Below, in pieces: positions 1 through 14,200 of a DNA stretch of 64,000 nt (positions are counted from its first letter, which is position 1; the number at the start of each line of letters is the position of its first letter). Where the stretch lies: the NCBI GenBank assembly GCA_023213395.1, contig CM041465.1, forward strand, positions 209,629,741 through 209,693,740, written 5' to 3'. Both the position numbers and the translations under genes were made by a program. The notes beneath the pieces are model-generated. The model did not search any database. It saw only the letters and a program-made list of their open reading frames with translations, and was not told where the DNA came from. The DNA comes from Cycas panzhihuaensis (Eukaryota > Plantae > Cycadophyta).

Positions 1-2497
1 ACTCATTCCATTTATGAATACCAAACATAGTTTGAGAAATTAGAAAACAAAATAATAAGGACTAATGATGTTTTTCCCAAAAGTTGCTTTATCAATGGCT
101 CACACAAAGACATTCTTACTAAAGTTAAAATGTTCAAACTTTCCACCTTGATAAAAGATTTAGGTTGGCTAAATTAGCTAAGGATAAATATGCCATCCTA
201 TGTTGTCTATTTAAAACTTTGTAAGTCTAATCTCCATAACTAATCTGACCAATCCTTACTTAAGGGACTCAACCACCACCAATCAAGTGTCTAACTGATG
301 AGAAGATGGTTGCTTATAAAGTTAAAAGGATGTGTTACAATTATGATAAGAAATTTATACCATGCCATAAATGAACACAATAAAAAATTTATTTGTGAGA
401 TGTTGAGATACCTTTTACATCTAACATGCTAGATGCCTTAGATGAAAGTCTAGATAAGGAACAAACTAAAGGGACCAATTTGAGTGATGACTCTATTCCT
501 GAAATTTTAATGTATATAGTAGCATGGATCATCACAACCTAAACTATGAAGGTGTTGGTATACCTTGAAGGGTGTCACACAACCATTCTCATTGACTTAA
601 GCAGTACCTATAACTTTATTAGTCCTCAAATAGCCAAATAGACTACCTGTTATGTATGCCCACTCACCAACTTTAAGGTGATAATAACTAATGGAGGAAC
701 ATTGGCTTACAAGGGTAAATGCTAAAATGTCAAAAATTCAATGGAAGACTATAATTAAAATTAAATATATTTGCACTTTAGTTAGGTGGTTTTGACTTGG
801 TTTTAAGAGCTCAATAGATTTATAGATTGAGATCTATCCTATGGGATTTTATAGAATTGTGGATGAAACTAATAATTAATGAGTATAAATACACCTTAGT
901 AGGCATGATAACTAATCCAACCTAAATTATTAATTCACATCACATTGGAAAATTACTAAAAAGGGTTCCTCAAAAGGTTGTGGCTCAACTTTGTATGGTA
1001 TAAATGTCAAATGCGAAAGATATAATATCATATATAAATGCCTTTTTAGACTTGTAATAAATCCTTGGAAATAGTTCCCAAGTCTTTGTTGAACCCCGAG
1101 GATTACTGCCATAACATTTATATGACCATGTAATATAATTAATTTAGGGTAATCCACCATTAAATATTCAAACTTATTAATACCCTATATGTAGAAGATA
1201 GAAATTAAGAAGATGGTAAAGGAGTTACTTAAGGTAAGAGTCATTAAGCTAAGCATTAGCCCTTTTCCCTCCTTAATACTATTGCTCTAAAAGAAAGATA
1301 GATCATGATGGTTATATATAGATTTTTAAGAGCTAGATAAAATTATTATTAAAGATAAATTTTCTATTACTATAATTGAAGAACTATTAGATTAATTACA
1401 TGGTGCTCACTTCTTCTTTGTGTTAGATTTATGATTCATCTATCGCTAGATTCACATGTAAGAAGAAGATATCCCTAAGATAACTTTTTGAACTCATGAG
1501 TCTATTATGAATTTTTATTGATGTTATTTGGCCTAGCAAATATATCATCCATATTCTAGAGTTTGATAAATTAAAAAAATTAGCCATTCCTTGGAGATTT
1601 ATGTTAGTCTACTTTGATGACATTGTAGTTTATAATAAGATATGGGAGGATCATCTAATTCACTTAGACCAGACCTTACAACTCCTATTACAAAAGTAAT
1701 TGTATATGAAGCATTCTAAATGCCTTTTTAGTACCATGGAAGTTAAATACCATGGCTACATTATTTTGATAGAAAGTGTTAAGGTGGATCCCAAGAAAAT
1801 TGAGGACATATAAAACTTCCCTAAACTAAAAACTCTTGAAAGTCTTTAGGGATTTTTAGGCCTCATAGGTTATTACCATAAATTTGTTGAGGACTACAAA
1901 GAGTTTATAACTCCATTAACTACAATGCTAAAATAAAATGCATTCACATGGTTGAAACTAGCAAAGTGTGCCTTTAACCTTCTAAAAAATACCATATGCA
2001 ACATACCTATACTAGGAATTCCATGCTTGATTTCTCAAAACTATTTGTCATTGAAAGTGATACTTTTAGGGTAGGAATTGGTCTAGTCTTGATGTAAGAA
2101 AGGAGACCCTTGGCATTCAGTAGTAAGACACTTATAGATAAAAATGTAGATAAGTCTATTTATGAGAAGGGAACATTATCCATTTTTCATACTATCACCT
2201 ATTAGCTACTATATCTTTTAGGCATCACTTCTACATCAAGACAAATCAATATAGCCTTAAGTATTTCCTAGAAAATTGAGTCTCTTTGCTTAAACAACAA
2301 AAATAAGTCACTAAATTATTTTGTTATGATTATGAAATGATCTACAAGAAGGTAAAGGAGAATGTGGTGGCTAATGCCCTGTCTCACAAATTTGAGGACT
2401 AGGCTACATAATGTGCTTTATCCTTACCAACTTTAGATTGGCTATGGGAAGTTATATAAGAATGGAAATAAGATATACTAGTTCAATAACTCATAAC
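1..2497 (+). mobile_element. Ty3/gypsy chromovirus (Reina/Del-like) element A, part 1: gag end, protease, RT, RNase H (degenerate)
   Basis: Hand translation with many stops. Gag Cys/His remnant KRMCYNYDKKFIPCHK (~325-370), protease LID*SSTYNFI (~588-620), RT KDKFSITIIEELLD*LHGAHFF (~1350-1420) and YFDDIVVY (~1610-1633), RNase H FVIESDTFRVGIG (~2044-2083) and KENVVANALS (~2355-2385). Confidence 0.9.
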
Positions 2498-3054
2498 TAG
2501 TAATCTTATAGAATTTATCTAAGAAATTTTATAAAATAGACAAAATATCCACATCATGTATTTGCAAAAATATTTAATTAAGAGAGTAATAATATAAATC
2601 TACTTAAGTACTTTTGGCATAAATATAAAATGGTATGAAATAAACATAAATTGAATAGATAAAAGGTTACTAAATATTGTCATAAATACTATTGATAATA
2701 AATCCCTCTTTGAGGTGAGGTTTTGTTCACAATGCTCCCCAAAAGGGCAAAAAAAAAAAGGCAATTTAAGACTTCTCCATTTATGCCCAAATAAGGCTAT
2801 AAATCCTCCTTAAATAGGCAGTTAAAAGATACAAATAGAAGTTGGCTAGAAAGAGGGATAAACTTACACAAAACTAAGATTGGAAGTCAGCCTGAACTTC
2901 TCCAAAAACTAGTAGGCTGAAAACTTTAAATGGTCATAACTTTTGATATAGATGTTGGAATTAACTTTTATTTGAACCACTGGAATCCTCATTTAGAGAC
3001 CTTTGATTTAAATAGTCACATGGTATAGTTTTGACCATATTTTGGAATGTTATA
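2498..3054 (-). repeat. 3' LTR of gypsy element B
   Basis: Direct repeat of 16460-17017. Followed by agtcacttcccttcaaaac, a PPT on the minus strand. The terminal TG is missing at the left edge and the terminal CA reads TA. Confidence 0.88.
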
Positions 3055-6000
3055 AGTCACTTCCCTTCAAAACATGCTTTACCCTCAAAGCATGGTTAAA
3101 TTTTGGTACTATTGTATCCATTCCTTGGATTCCCATATGGCCTTGTTGTTGTCTACTACTTTCCATTTGATAAGGTATTCTATGATTTTATGAGAATGCA
3201 AACTTTTGGTGCATTTCTGAAGGATACCTTTTGGTTTAACTGATAATATTCCTTCCTCATCTAATATTAGAAGTTCTGTTTGGATTGGTACCCTTTCTCC
3301 TATCTTCCTCTTAAGATGAAAGTCGTGGAATGTATTCTATATTTTATAATCTAGGGGAAACTCTAATATGTAAGCTACATCTCCAATTTTAGCCAAAATT
3401 TTATAGGGTCTAAAAATTTCAGTTGAAGCTTATTGCACCTTATTTGTTTTAGACTATTTTTCTTATAAGGTTGTAATAACAAAAAAACCCAATCTCCTAC
3501 CTTAAATGTGTGCTCCGTTCTTTGAAGGTTAGCTTGTTGCTTCATCTAATTATGAGCTATATATAAGTTATCTTTTATGGTTTCTAATATCTGCCTTAAC
3601 TGTTAGTGATACTCTTCAACTGACTATACTTTAGATGGTTGGGTCTAGCTATGAATGGATGGTGGTTCAAATCCATATAATGCTTGGAATGGGGTCATTT
3701 TGGTAGAGGTGTGGTAAGTTGTATTATACTACCATTTTACTAAATGAAGATATTTGTACCACTGGTGTGGGATTTGGATGGTGAAATTACATAGATACCC
3801 CTCTATGCATTTATTTATGCCTTCTGTTTGTTCATCCAATTATGAATGATATGTAGAACTCTTATTAGGCTTAGTGCTTACTAATATGAATATTTTTTTA
3901 CCAAAAATGATTCGTGAATTTGGGATTACGATCATTAATTATCACTTTTAAAAACCTATGGAGATGATGTATTTCCTTAATGAATAACTCTACTATCTAA
4001 GGAGCTTTTGTTATTGCTTGAGTTCCCCTAAAATGTGCATACTTGGTTAATTGATCCATAACAACAAAAATATTATCCTTACCTTTTGATTTTGGTAGCC
4101 CCAAGATAAAGTCCATAGATATCTCCTCCCACCTCTACCTTAGAATTGGTAGAGGCTAAAGAAGACCTAAAATTCTTATATTCTTTTATTTATTTCTCTA
4201 GTAGTGATTACATTCTACTATAAACTTCTATATTTCTTTTTTTAGTCCTTATTAGAAGAAAATTTACCTAATTTTGTGATAGGTTTTTCTACTCTTGTAT
4301 AACCTCCCATTGGTGATGCATGGGCCTCCTCTAAAATCTTTATTTTGATTGTAGCTGCTATGGGCACAAGCATTTTTCCCCTATGCAAGATTAAATTTCC
4401 TTGGAGAGAGTGCTTAGTATTAATTCCTTCATTGATTTCTTGCAATATTTTTTGAGAATGAGCATACTTGTTGTAACCTTAGACTAATTCATTTGTCCAT
4501 GCTAGGTTAAGTATGGTAATGGCTTTTAATGATGCTTTATCCTCTTCTTAATCTTTTCCTATGGATCTTGAGAGTGTGTCTACTATGATGTTCTCCTTTC
4601 CTTTTTTGTAAATTATCAAAAAGTCAAATGCCTATAATCTACTCACCCACTTTTGTTGTTCATTTGTTAGATATGTTTGATTTAGGAAATATTTCAAACT
4701 GTCATGGTTAGTTTTCATGATAAATTTATTTCCTAACAAATATTATCGCCACTACTAGATGGTGTGTATAATGGTTAGTATTTCTTTATCATATATTAGT
4801 TTAAGGCACTCACAGTTATTGAGCTTATGACTTTCATATGTTAGCGGTTGATCTTCTTGTAATATAATCACTCCCAACCTAAAATTAGAGGTGTCACGTT
4901 CAATAGTGAAGTGTTTTAAGTATTATGGCAGTGTGAGGACTGGGGTAGTAGTCATAACTATCTTCAGTTGTTGGGATGCAACTTCTACTAATTGATCCTA
5001 TTTGAATACCTCTTTTCTTGTCAAATCTGTTAGAGGCATGACTGTATGAGCATATCCCTTGATAAATTTGCATACGAATCTAATAACTCCTAAGATTCCC
5101 TAAACTCTTATAATATTCTTAGGTGTGGGCTAGTTGATAATTACCTCGATGTCCTTTTGGTCAATTCGCACTCCTTTAAAAGATATTATATGCCCTAAAT
5201 ATTCTAGGTTTGTTTGACCAAATGTATATTTTTTTTGTTTGCAAATAACTGTTGGTTTTCTAATAATTGGAGAATGACCTGTATGTGTTGGAGATGCTCC
5301 TGTTAAGAGTGGCTATAAATTAGGATATCATAAAAAAAACTAACATGAATTTTTGAATATATAGCCTAAGGATTTGGTTTATTACATTTTGAAATGTTGT
5401 AGGGGCATTTATCAACCCAAAAGTCATAACTTGAAACTTGAATAACTCTTCATGTATGTGAAAAGCTATGTTATATGTGGCTTCTTCTTTAATGTGGATA
5501 TGATAGTATCTAAAGTGCAGATCAATTTTTAAGAAGAACTTTGATCCATGAAGTTTGTCCAAAAGATCATCGATACGGGGAATCAAGTATTTATTCTTGA
5601 TTGTTAATTTATTGAGAGCCTGATAATCTCCACATATTCGATATGATCCATTTTTCTTTTGCATAATTATAATTAGAGACGCAAAAGGACTATTGTTTGG
5701 TATGATGATTTCCTATTAGATAAGATCTTATGTGATGTGTTTAATCTCTCGTTTATGATGAAATTGGTGCCTATATGGTTTGATACTGACAAAGTAGATT
5801 ACAAAACCAAATCAATCACATGCTTATATCCACAACTAGGAGGAAGTTTAGGTAGAAGTTCCTTAAAATCCTTACTATATTAATTAATTAGTTCTTGTAC
5901 CTATATAGGAACTTCTTTTGCTATTATCTTATAGTAAAAAATCATGAAAGAGATGTGATTTTTCTAAAGTATCTTTTCCATATAATGAGGTGATACCAAT

Positions 6001-6922
6001 TGTGTTAGAGGGATGTTTAGAGCCTGTAACTTATACTTATGTTCCTTTTAGTTAAAACACATAAATCATATTTGATAATTACTAACCTTGTTTCCCATAG
6101 TTATAGCCATTGTGCTCCTATAACCACATTAGCACCACTAATAGGCATGGCAAACATGCAAGTTATGGTCAAGTACTCCACAATACGTTAGCTTACTTAC
6201 TAGAAATAACCACCACAAGGCATGGTGCTACCGTTTTCTATTACCACTTGGAATATGTTGAGTGTCTTTACTATGAGACCTAACTTTTTTGCAGTAGGGT
6301 GATTTATAAAATTGTGTGTACTACCACTATCCACCAAAATAGAAACCTCCATATTTTTTATTAACCATAGAAATCTCAATGTTTATGGTGTGCATATCTC
6401 CCCAATGATGGCTTGAAGTGATATTTAAACATTGTCCTAGTTTGCATTCAATAGCTCCTCTATCTAGGCTTCATCTTCTTGGGCCAACACTTCCTCTTCT
6501 ATAATTTTTTCTATAGTTTTATCAGGGAGGGGTTCCTCTTTATTATTGATTATGAGCATCTTTTTAAGAGGGCATCTATGTTCCTGATTATACTTTCCTC
6601 TACAATGAAAGCATGTTTCATTCTTAATGTGCTTTACTCTTAATATTTATTCACCATTTTTCTCCCTTATAGGGAGTACCAACTTTGTTGCTAGATTACG
6701 TCCAATTTGGTATAAACTGCTAGCTATAAAGTCTCTCAAACTCAGTTCAATGAACAAGGCTTTGCGTTTCTTTTCTAAATTCTACTTCAATGTTCCTCGT
6801 GTGATGAATGCCATTGGTCAGGAAGTTAAACTCCATGGTCTTTAATCGATATCTGATATTTCCTTAAAGACTAGTTATGTATACTTCTACAAGATGAGGT
6901 TCATTGATATGGTCATCCACGA

Positions 6923-7288
6923 TATTAGCTTCAAGGTGCAGAGCGGGAGGATTACAAGTGAGAATACATTATTCCAAAGTGTAAATTAATTTCTAAAATA
7001 AGATTGGCAGTGTTAAAAAATACTAGGGAGGTATTCTCTACCTATAAATGGAGCATTTTGGGGAGGCAGTAAGTGCCTCTACCCAACAAATGTTTAAAAT
7101 TTAAAAAAATATTAAAATATTAAAGAATTAATTAAATACTTACCTGTGGTGGCTATGTCATCTCTTGGACAGTTACTGGTGGCTACTAAATGATATTGGA
7201 TGGCCTGAGGTGTCCTAGGAAGGCCCAAGGTGGCATTGAAGGGCCTTAAGTGCACACTTATATTAATTAATTAAGCATTATCCTAATA
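6923..7288 (-). repeat. 3' LTR of copia element C
   Basis: Direct repeat of 15393-15759. Termini decayed to TA...TA. Adjacent ttctcctccataatg is a PPT on the minus strand. Confidence 0.92.
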
Positions 7289-7611
7289 TTCTCCTCCATA
7301 ATGACCAATATGAAGAACCCTCAATTTGTTTATGAATTTCTGAAATATGATTTTACCCAATGCTTTCATGAAGATGTCTACTACTTGCTCTTCGATGCTA
7401 TAATATACCAATTTAATTTCTCCTACTTGTACTAGTTCTCATATAAAGTGATGCTATGTCTCAATATATTTTGTTCTGCCATGGGAAACTATGTTCTTTG
7501 CCATCTGTATTATACTCTAATTATCACATAAAATTCTTGTAGGCCCTTTTTATTTTAGTTAAAAGTCTTGCAATAGTCATCTCAACTATACTATTTCATA
7601 TACATTAGCAA

Positions 7612-8246
7612 TGTTAAGAATACAAGGTCCCAACCCTTTAACTGCTACCAAGATCTATTACATTCTTACAACTAGTTATAGAAATCGAAACTTAAAATTA
7701 CATGCAAGTTCTAAATTAGAGATTATACAATAACATGAAAATGAAAACCAAACATCACATATGCACTTGATATAACATGGTAAAACCCTAGTAGTATGCT
7801 AGGGAAACATCCACGTAGGAAAGGTATCGATCTTTATTATTGTAGAATAGAGAAATAATACATCACAATTACAGAGTGCTCTCAGGAACAACAACTAGCC
7901 GCCACCCTCATCATAGTACATTACATTACATTACAATATAATAAGAAAAGCCCTAAAATGGGCTACATGAGAGGAACATCCAAGACCTAAATCTCAACTA
8001 TAGAATCTAGGGTATTTGTATCAAATAACCCTGATTCTCTTTACATTTGGAAAAGGTTTACATGGCTAATTTTTTGGGTCGGGGGCTATCACCCCCGAAC
8101 CCCCTCCTAGCGGGGGGCGTTCGACCACACCCGCACCCCGACGAGGGCTCCATATGGAACCCCTCGAGAAAGATTAGGGGGGGGGGGAACCGCATCGAAA
8201 ACATGCCAAAATATTAGCCCCATAATTGTTGTCACAATATCTAACA
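7612..8246 (-). mobile_element. Solo LTR (635 bp) inserted in the RNase H region of copia C
   Basis: TGTTA...TAACA inverted termini. Perfect 5-bp TSD agcaa (7607-7611 and 8247-8251). No internal coding domains, and the host copia sequence resumes on both sides. Orientation is inferred. Confidence 0.88.
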
Positions 8247-11200
8247 AGCAACTACTGCTTTATATTATGCTTTGGCTATAGATAGAGAAAGTGTATTTTA
8301 TTTCTTAGTGCTCCATGTTATAGATGCCAAACCCATACTGAACATATAACCTAAAGTTGATTTTTTATCGTTGATATCACTTGCCTAATCTGAATCTCTA
8401 TGACTTGTCAACCCGAAGTTTGATGAAGCTTTATAGTAAAGACCATATTCTAAAGTACCTTTAAGAAAACAAAGAATTCTTTTGGCTACTTACCAATGAG
8501 TAGTCTTCGGGTCTTGTATGAATTTGGATACAATACTAATTGAATGCGTTATATCTGGTTGAGTGGATGTCAAGTACATCAAACTGCTAATTATCTATCT
8601 ATAAAGTTAGGATCAATTGGTGTGGAGTCATCTGATTTAAAAAGCTTAATTCTTATTTTTACTAGAGTTGCCAATAATTTGTAGTCAATTATCCTAAACT
8701 TTTGTAATAGATTTGAGGTATATTTCTGTTGGGAGATGAAGATACCATTCTTATCTTACCATACCTCCAAACCTAGGAAGTAATGTATTAATCCTAAATC
8801 TATCATTTCAAACTCCTTACACATGGTTTCCTTAAAGTTTCACAAAAGATGGGAGTCATTTTTAGTATAAACACAATCATCTACATAGAGTCCTACAATT
8901 AGGATAGAATCTTCCTTAATTTTGATATAGAGCTTTAGGCCTATTTGAGACCTTTCAAAGCCTTGATCTCTAAAGTATTTGTCAAATTAGGAATACCAAG
9001 ACTTGTGTGCTCATTTCAAAATGTAAAGTGTCTTTTTAAGTTTGTATACTTTGTTTTCTTCTCCCCTAACTTCAAAATTGAGGGGTTGAGAGATATAGAT
9101 ATCCTCTTCAATATAACCATTGAGGAAGGCACTTTTGACGTCTATTTGATAAACTTTCCATCCCATTTGGCCTACCAAACTCATCATCATTTGAACTATC
9201 TCTATTCAAAAAATAGGAGCAAATGTTTTATTGTAATCAATGCCTTCTCTTTGAGCATAATCTTTGGCGACCAATCTAGCTTCGTATTTATCGATTGATC
9301 CATTAGAGCAGAACTTGGTTTTATAGATCCACTTAGTACCAATTGCTCTTTTATTTGGAGGTAAGTTAACCAATTTCTAAGTGTTATTTTTAATAATAGA
9401 GTGGTATTTATCTTCCATTACCTTTCTCCAAGAAGCATGTGTATTGCCCTTATCAAAAGTTTGAGGCTCATGGGACTCCAATTCTTTGCTCATGAGGGTA
9501 AAGTTTACATTATGTGAGTGGGTGGATCTTTGATTGTTTTATAAAATGTTGCATACATCATGATTTCTTTAGACCCATTTTGGAAAATTTTATGGTGGAG
9601 GTTAAGAGGAGGTTCCCTCCCCACTTGGTTCATTAATGACTCATCTAGAGTCAAACATAGGAGGTACATACTTTGATTTAGTGGATTTGTTAAAATTGGT
9701 TACTACTTCTTTCCTCTTTTCTTGAGTATCTTAATAATAAACATCTTTCTGAAATTTAACATCTCTACTCAACATGACCCTCTTTGACTTAGGATCATAG
9801 ACTTTTTATAATTTAGAAGTTTCACTATAGCTAAGAATTATACACTTGATACTATGATCATCCAACTTAGATCTTCTTTGGTTAGGAACATGTGCATAAG
9901 CTAGGCACCCAAAAACTCTTAAGTAATATATGTTTGGATTATATCTTATCTAAGCTTCTTCGAGTGTTTTCTACCTTAGGGCTTTGGTGGAGAACCTATT
10001 GAGAAGATAAATAAATGTATAGATTGCTTCTACCCAAACTCATGGCCCATGTTTTTATCCTTCAACATACACCTTGCCATTTTGACATTGGTGCAAATTT
10101 TCCTTTCTACTACATCGTTTTGTTATGGGGTGTAGGGATTGGTAATTTACCTTCTGATCCTATGATGTATACAATATGCCTTAAATTCATTAGAGATAAA
10201 TTCTCCCCCATTGTTAGATCTTAGAGAGAGAAGTTTCTTCCCACTTTATCGCTCCATAAAGATTTTGAAGTCAACAAAGTATTGAAATGTATCCAATTTG
10301 AATTTAAGGAAGAATACCCATATCTTCCTTGTATAGTCATTAATGAATAAAATGAAATATCATGCACCTGCTAATGATGGGACATTCATAGGACCACAAA
10401 TATCTACATAGACTAGCTGAAGTGGACCAGTTACCTGATAACTAAAATCTAGAAGCTTTCCCTATGTTATTTACTAAGTAGGCATCCCTCACATATGGTT
10501 TTGTCCACTTCGATATTAAACAACCCATTAACCATGTCCATTCTTTTCATTAGGGCTAAATTGCTATAGTTAAGATGTCTAAATCTCCTATGCCAAAAGT
10601 CACTATCCAATTTGACTATAGTTCTTAAGTCATAGGTATCTGATGGAGTAAGGATAAGTTTAAATAGCATATCTTTTATCATTTTTCCTTTTATAACAAT
10701 TACCTTGTTTCTCCTTTTGTCCTTGATTGTACACTCGCTATTGTTAAAGATGACCTTATAATCTTGACCCATTATCTGTCCTATAGATAATTGATTTTTC
10801 TTTAAAGTAGGAACATACAATACATCATCGAGGTCTCTATACTCTCATATATCTATCATGAGAGCTATATTACCTCTACCAACTGATTCATGGGATGTAT
10901 CATCTCCAAATATTATTAAACATCTCATGCTTTTGTCTAAGGTATGGAATAGATGTCTTATGTGGGTGGAGCACCCCGAGTCAATGTACTAGCTATTGCC
11001 TTCTTCTTCTTTGGTAATATAACTAGATAAGAAAAGTCTAGTATTATCCCTTATCTCTATCATGGTATTTATACTCCCTTTGGAGGGTGGTCCATGTTTT
11101 GAAAAATATTTGTCTTCCTTGTGACCACTATGATGACAATAGGAGTAGCATAAGGTCTCTCTTCTCCTATAGCTTAGACTTTGACTTTGTGGATGAGTTC

Positions 11201-14200
11201 CTTCAATGTGGGAAGGTCTCCCTCTTTCCTTATAATATGGAATTGGATTTTCCCTTTGTCTATTGTCATAATAATCCTGATTTGATCTTGTAGCTTAGAT
11301 ATTTCCTTAGCAATTGGGGCAATAAGTGTGTCCCTCAGGTTGTTTCTCCTTATTTGGAAACCTAGGAGGGTTCATATTTTGTTGGTTTTCTCCCTATCTC
11401 CTTTGATATGGAGCTTGATATTTAGCTGGATCTTATCACAAATCCCTTTTGGGATTTCTATCTGTTCTCTTGGGAAGTGATTCTTTCGATTTTGATGTAC
11501 TTGCTTAAGAGTAAGATCGAATTCTGGCCTTAATAGCAAAGTTATACTTAAGTGATTTGTTTACATTTTGTTTCTCCTCAATCGATATCAACATGACACT
11601 TAGTTGTTCTGCCTTTAGTGTGCTTAGATCTTTAGAAACCCCTATACTCATTACTACCATTTCAAACCTTCTTATAAAACCTACACATCTCAATATTCTT
11701 TCCATTACTCTTTTCTCTGTCAATGTATCTCTAAGTGATCTCTTTTGGTTTACTATATCTTGGACTTTAGTCATGAATTCTATTAAAGATTCTATTGGCA
11801 TCATTTGCAAGTTTTTAAATTTACTCCTTAGGTTTTGAAGCTTAGATGATGCATCTCATTCATAAATTAACTAGAGGGTATCCTATGCTTCTTTTGACTT
11901 AGTTGACTCACTAACCCGTGGGAAAATATGATCTTCTAATATATAGAATATAAAGGTAAGTACTTCATTACCCTTTTTATCATTTTCTTTATAAGTTATC
12001 TTTTCAATATTAGTGGTGTTCTATCTTAATTCACTGTACCTTATTTTTACAATTTCCCATATGCCATTAGCAATGAGGATGGGTCTCATCCTCCTACTCT
12101 AGTTTAGAAAATTATTACCATAAAATTTGGGAATTATCATGTTTCCAAAGTTTGATGCCATCTCTTAGCTATGGTTTTAAAAACTATAGATAAAGTAAGG
12201 TTTTCAAAGGTTTGATTTTGAAACTTAACCTAAGAAGAAATGTTCAAAGTTTTTCCCAAGGTTTTACAAATGTCCTAGTCCCTACTAAGGCTTTTAGGCT
12301 CTAAGTCTAAGGGTCTCTAAGGGAATCCTTTGATTACTATTCTATCTAGTGGCGTCTACCCACAAGTGGAAAAACAAGGACCTAATATACTAGCATATGA
12401 TCTCAAGGCTCAATATACCTCAGTATGTGGGCTATTACAAAAGTTGTTACACCCCCCTAAATTGTTGGTCCACTTACACCAGACTTATGCCTAGTAACAG
12501 ATCTAGCGGTGAAGGTTTAACTAACCAAGACACTCACCCTCTTCAGGTCTAGCCTTGGTCTCTAGACTCTAATAAAGATTAGTTTTCCACCTCAGCCTAC
12601 CACCTAGTACACCTTATAGCCAATGGCTTTTCTCTTCTAATATGAGTAAGGTAATTGGCGTGTGTGTGGTGGTAACTTCAGGGGTCCTAACCATTCCCCT
12701 TATAAGGCTAGAAAAGATATAGTTAATTCAAGAATTATCTTTCTTATATGATAGTAAATTTTAATTGAATGTGGTCTTGCTTAATCTCTCTAATATTCCT
12801 TTTATTTAAGAAATGAAAATTAATCAAAATAAATCTTTAAGAAAGATAAAATACATATCTCAAATGAAAATATGATATAAAATTTTTATATCAAATCATA
12901 ATAAAATAAGTAAAAGAATCAAGATACTCTTCTTCCTTTAATGAAGCAAGAAATAAATGCTAATATGCAATCCAATGCTTTTAAATTGATATACTTTTGT
13001 AGGAAAAAATAAGAAGATATATATATATATTTTTTATTGTGAGGTAATATAATAAAGAAATCCTTAATACTTGAATGTCATTAAACTTTTAGAATATTGG
13101 CTTAAACTTTTGAGGTAAGTAACTAATCAATGAACCTTGAAACTAAGCTTTTACAAATTTTAAGTTGAAAAAGACTAAAACTTTCAATATAGAATAAAAT
13201 AACTTCTTGACTAATATGCAAGATAATGATATTAGAATTTGAGTGCCAAAGAGTTCCCTTACAAGAACATAAACAACTATATGAAACTTGTAATTTTTAA
13301 AAAGAAACTCTGCTTAAAGTAATTAGAAGTACTAAGAAATAGTTTATATTTGATTGATAATGTGAGAAATAAAATAAAATCAAGGTAGATAGTACTTGTT
13401 TGATGTATTACTGTACTTAGGTTTTTTAAAGCTTAAAGATCTAAAATTAATGTCAGTTAGCTACAAATAGCTTATAATCTATATGAAAAGTCAACAAATA
13501 ACTCCAAGAAACTAATTAGTAGTAGATTATGCTTAAATATGATTAATTGAAATGAAAAAATGCTCAAAAATATTACTAAACGAGCATGTTTAGGGTTGAA
13601 TAGAAGCCTTAAATTGAGCTACTTCAAAGTCCTATAAAATGATGTCAAAATAAAATGAAACTAATTTCAACATGAAGAGCTCTAAAATAGTTTTGTAATG
13701 GTTCTTACGATTCTAAAATCAGAGCTAAAATAATCAAGTTATTACAAAAAACATAAATAGACCTCTTTATGGCTAATAGAATAAGTACTAAAAAATGTGG
13801 TCACTTTGATTAATTAAATCCCAGTTAAAATGGACTTAAATCAGTCAAGTGATGATATCACCCTAAAGATATATGAAATATAGTTCTAACAAGACCAATT
13901 TTGCTAAAATCTGACACTCCAGGGATAAGTTACAATAAAAAATGTGAGGTCCTTTTTCGGTATAAACAAAATAAAATTTTTTAATAAAGTGAGTAAGCCC
14001 CTTTCAAACTAGGAGCACAGTTGCATGGATGATATATTAACCACTAACTTGGTCTTAAGGGTGGTTGCAAACCTCAAATAGTATAAAATATGTATAATAG
14101 CTCTCAAAATCAACCAAAGTAAAAAAAAAAGGTTACAAATAATGATGTGCCTCTTAATAAACACCAAACAACGAGGTCACATGAATTAAAGACTGGGGGC

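Noticed and set aside
2488-2500. TSD of element B
   Set aside because: The right flank is aattc, but the left edge lacks both it and the terminal TG. A small deletion is plausible but cannot be shown.
8945-11838. Plus-strand ORFs 8945-9298, 10015-10224, 11087-11293, 11557-11838
   Set aside because: Antisense to copia C gag-pol.
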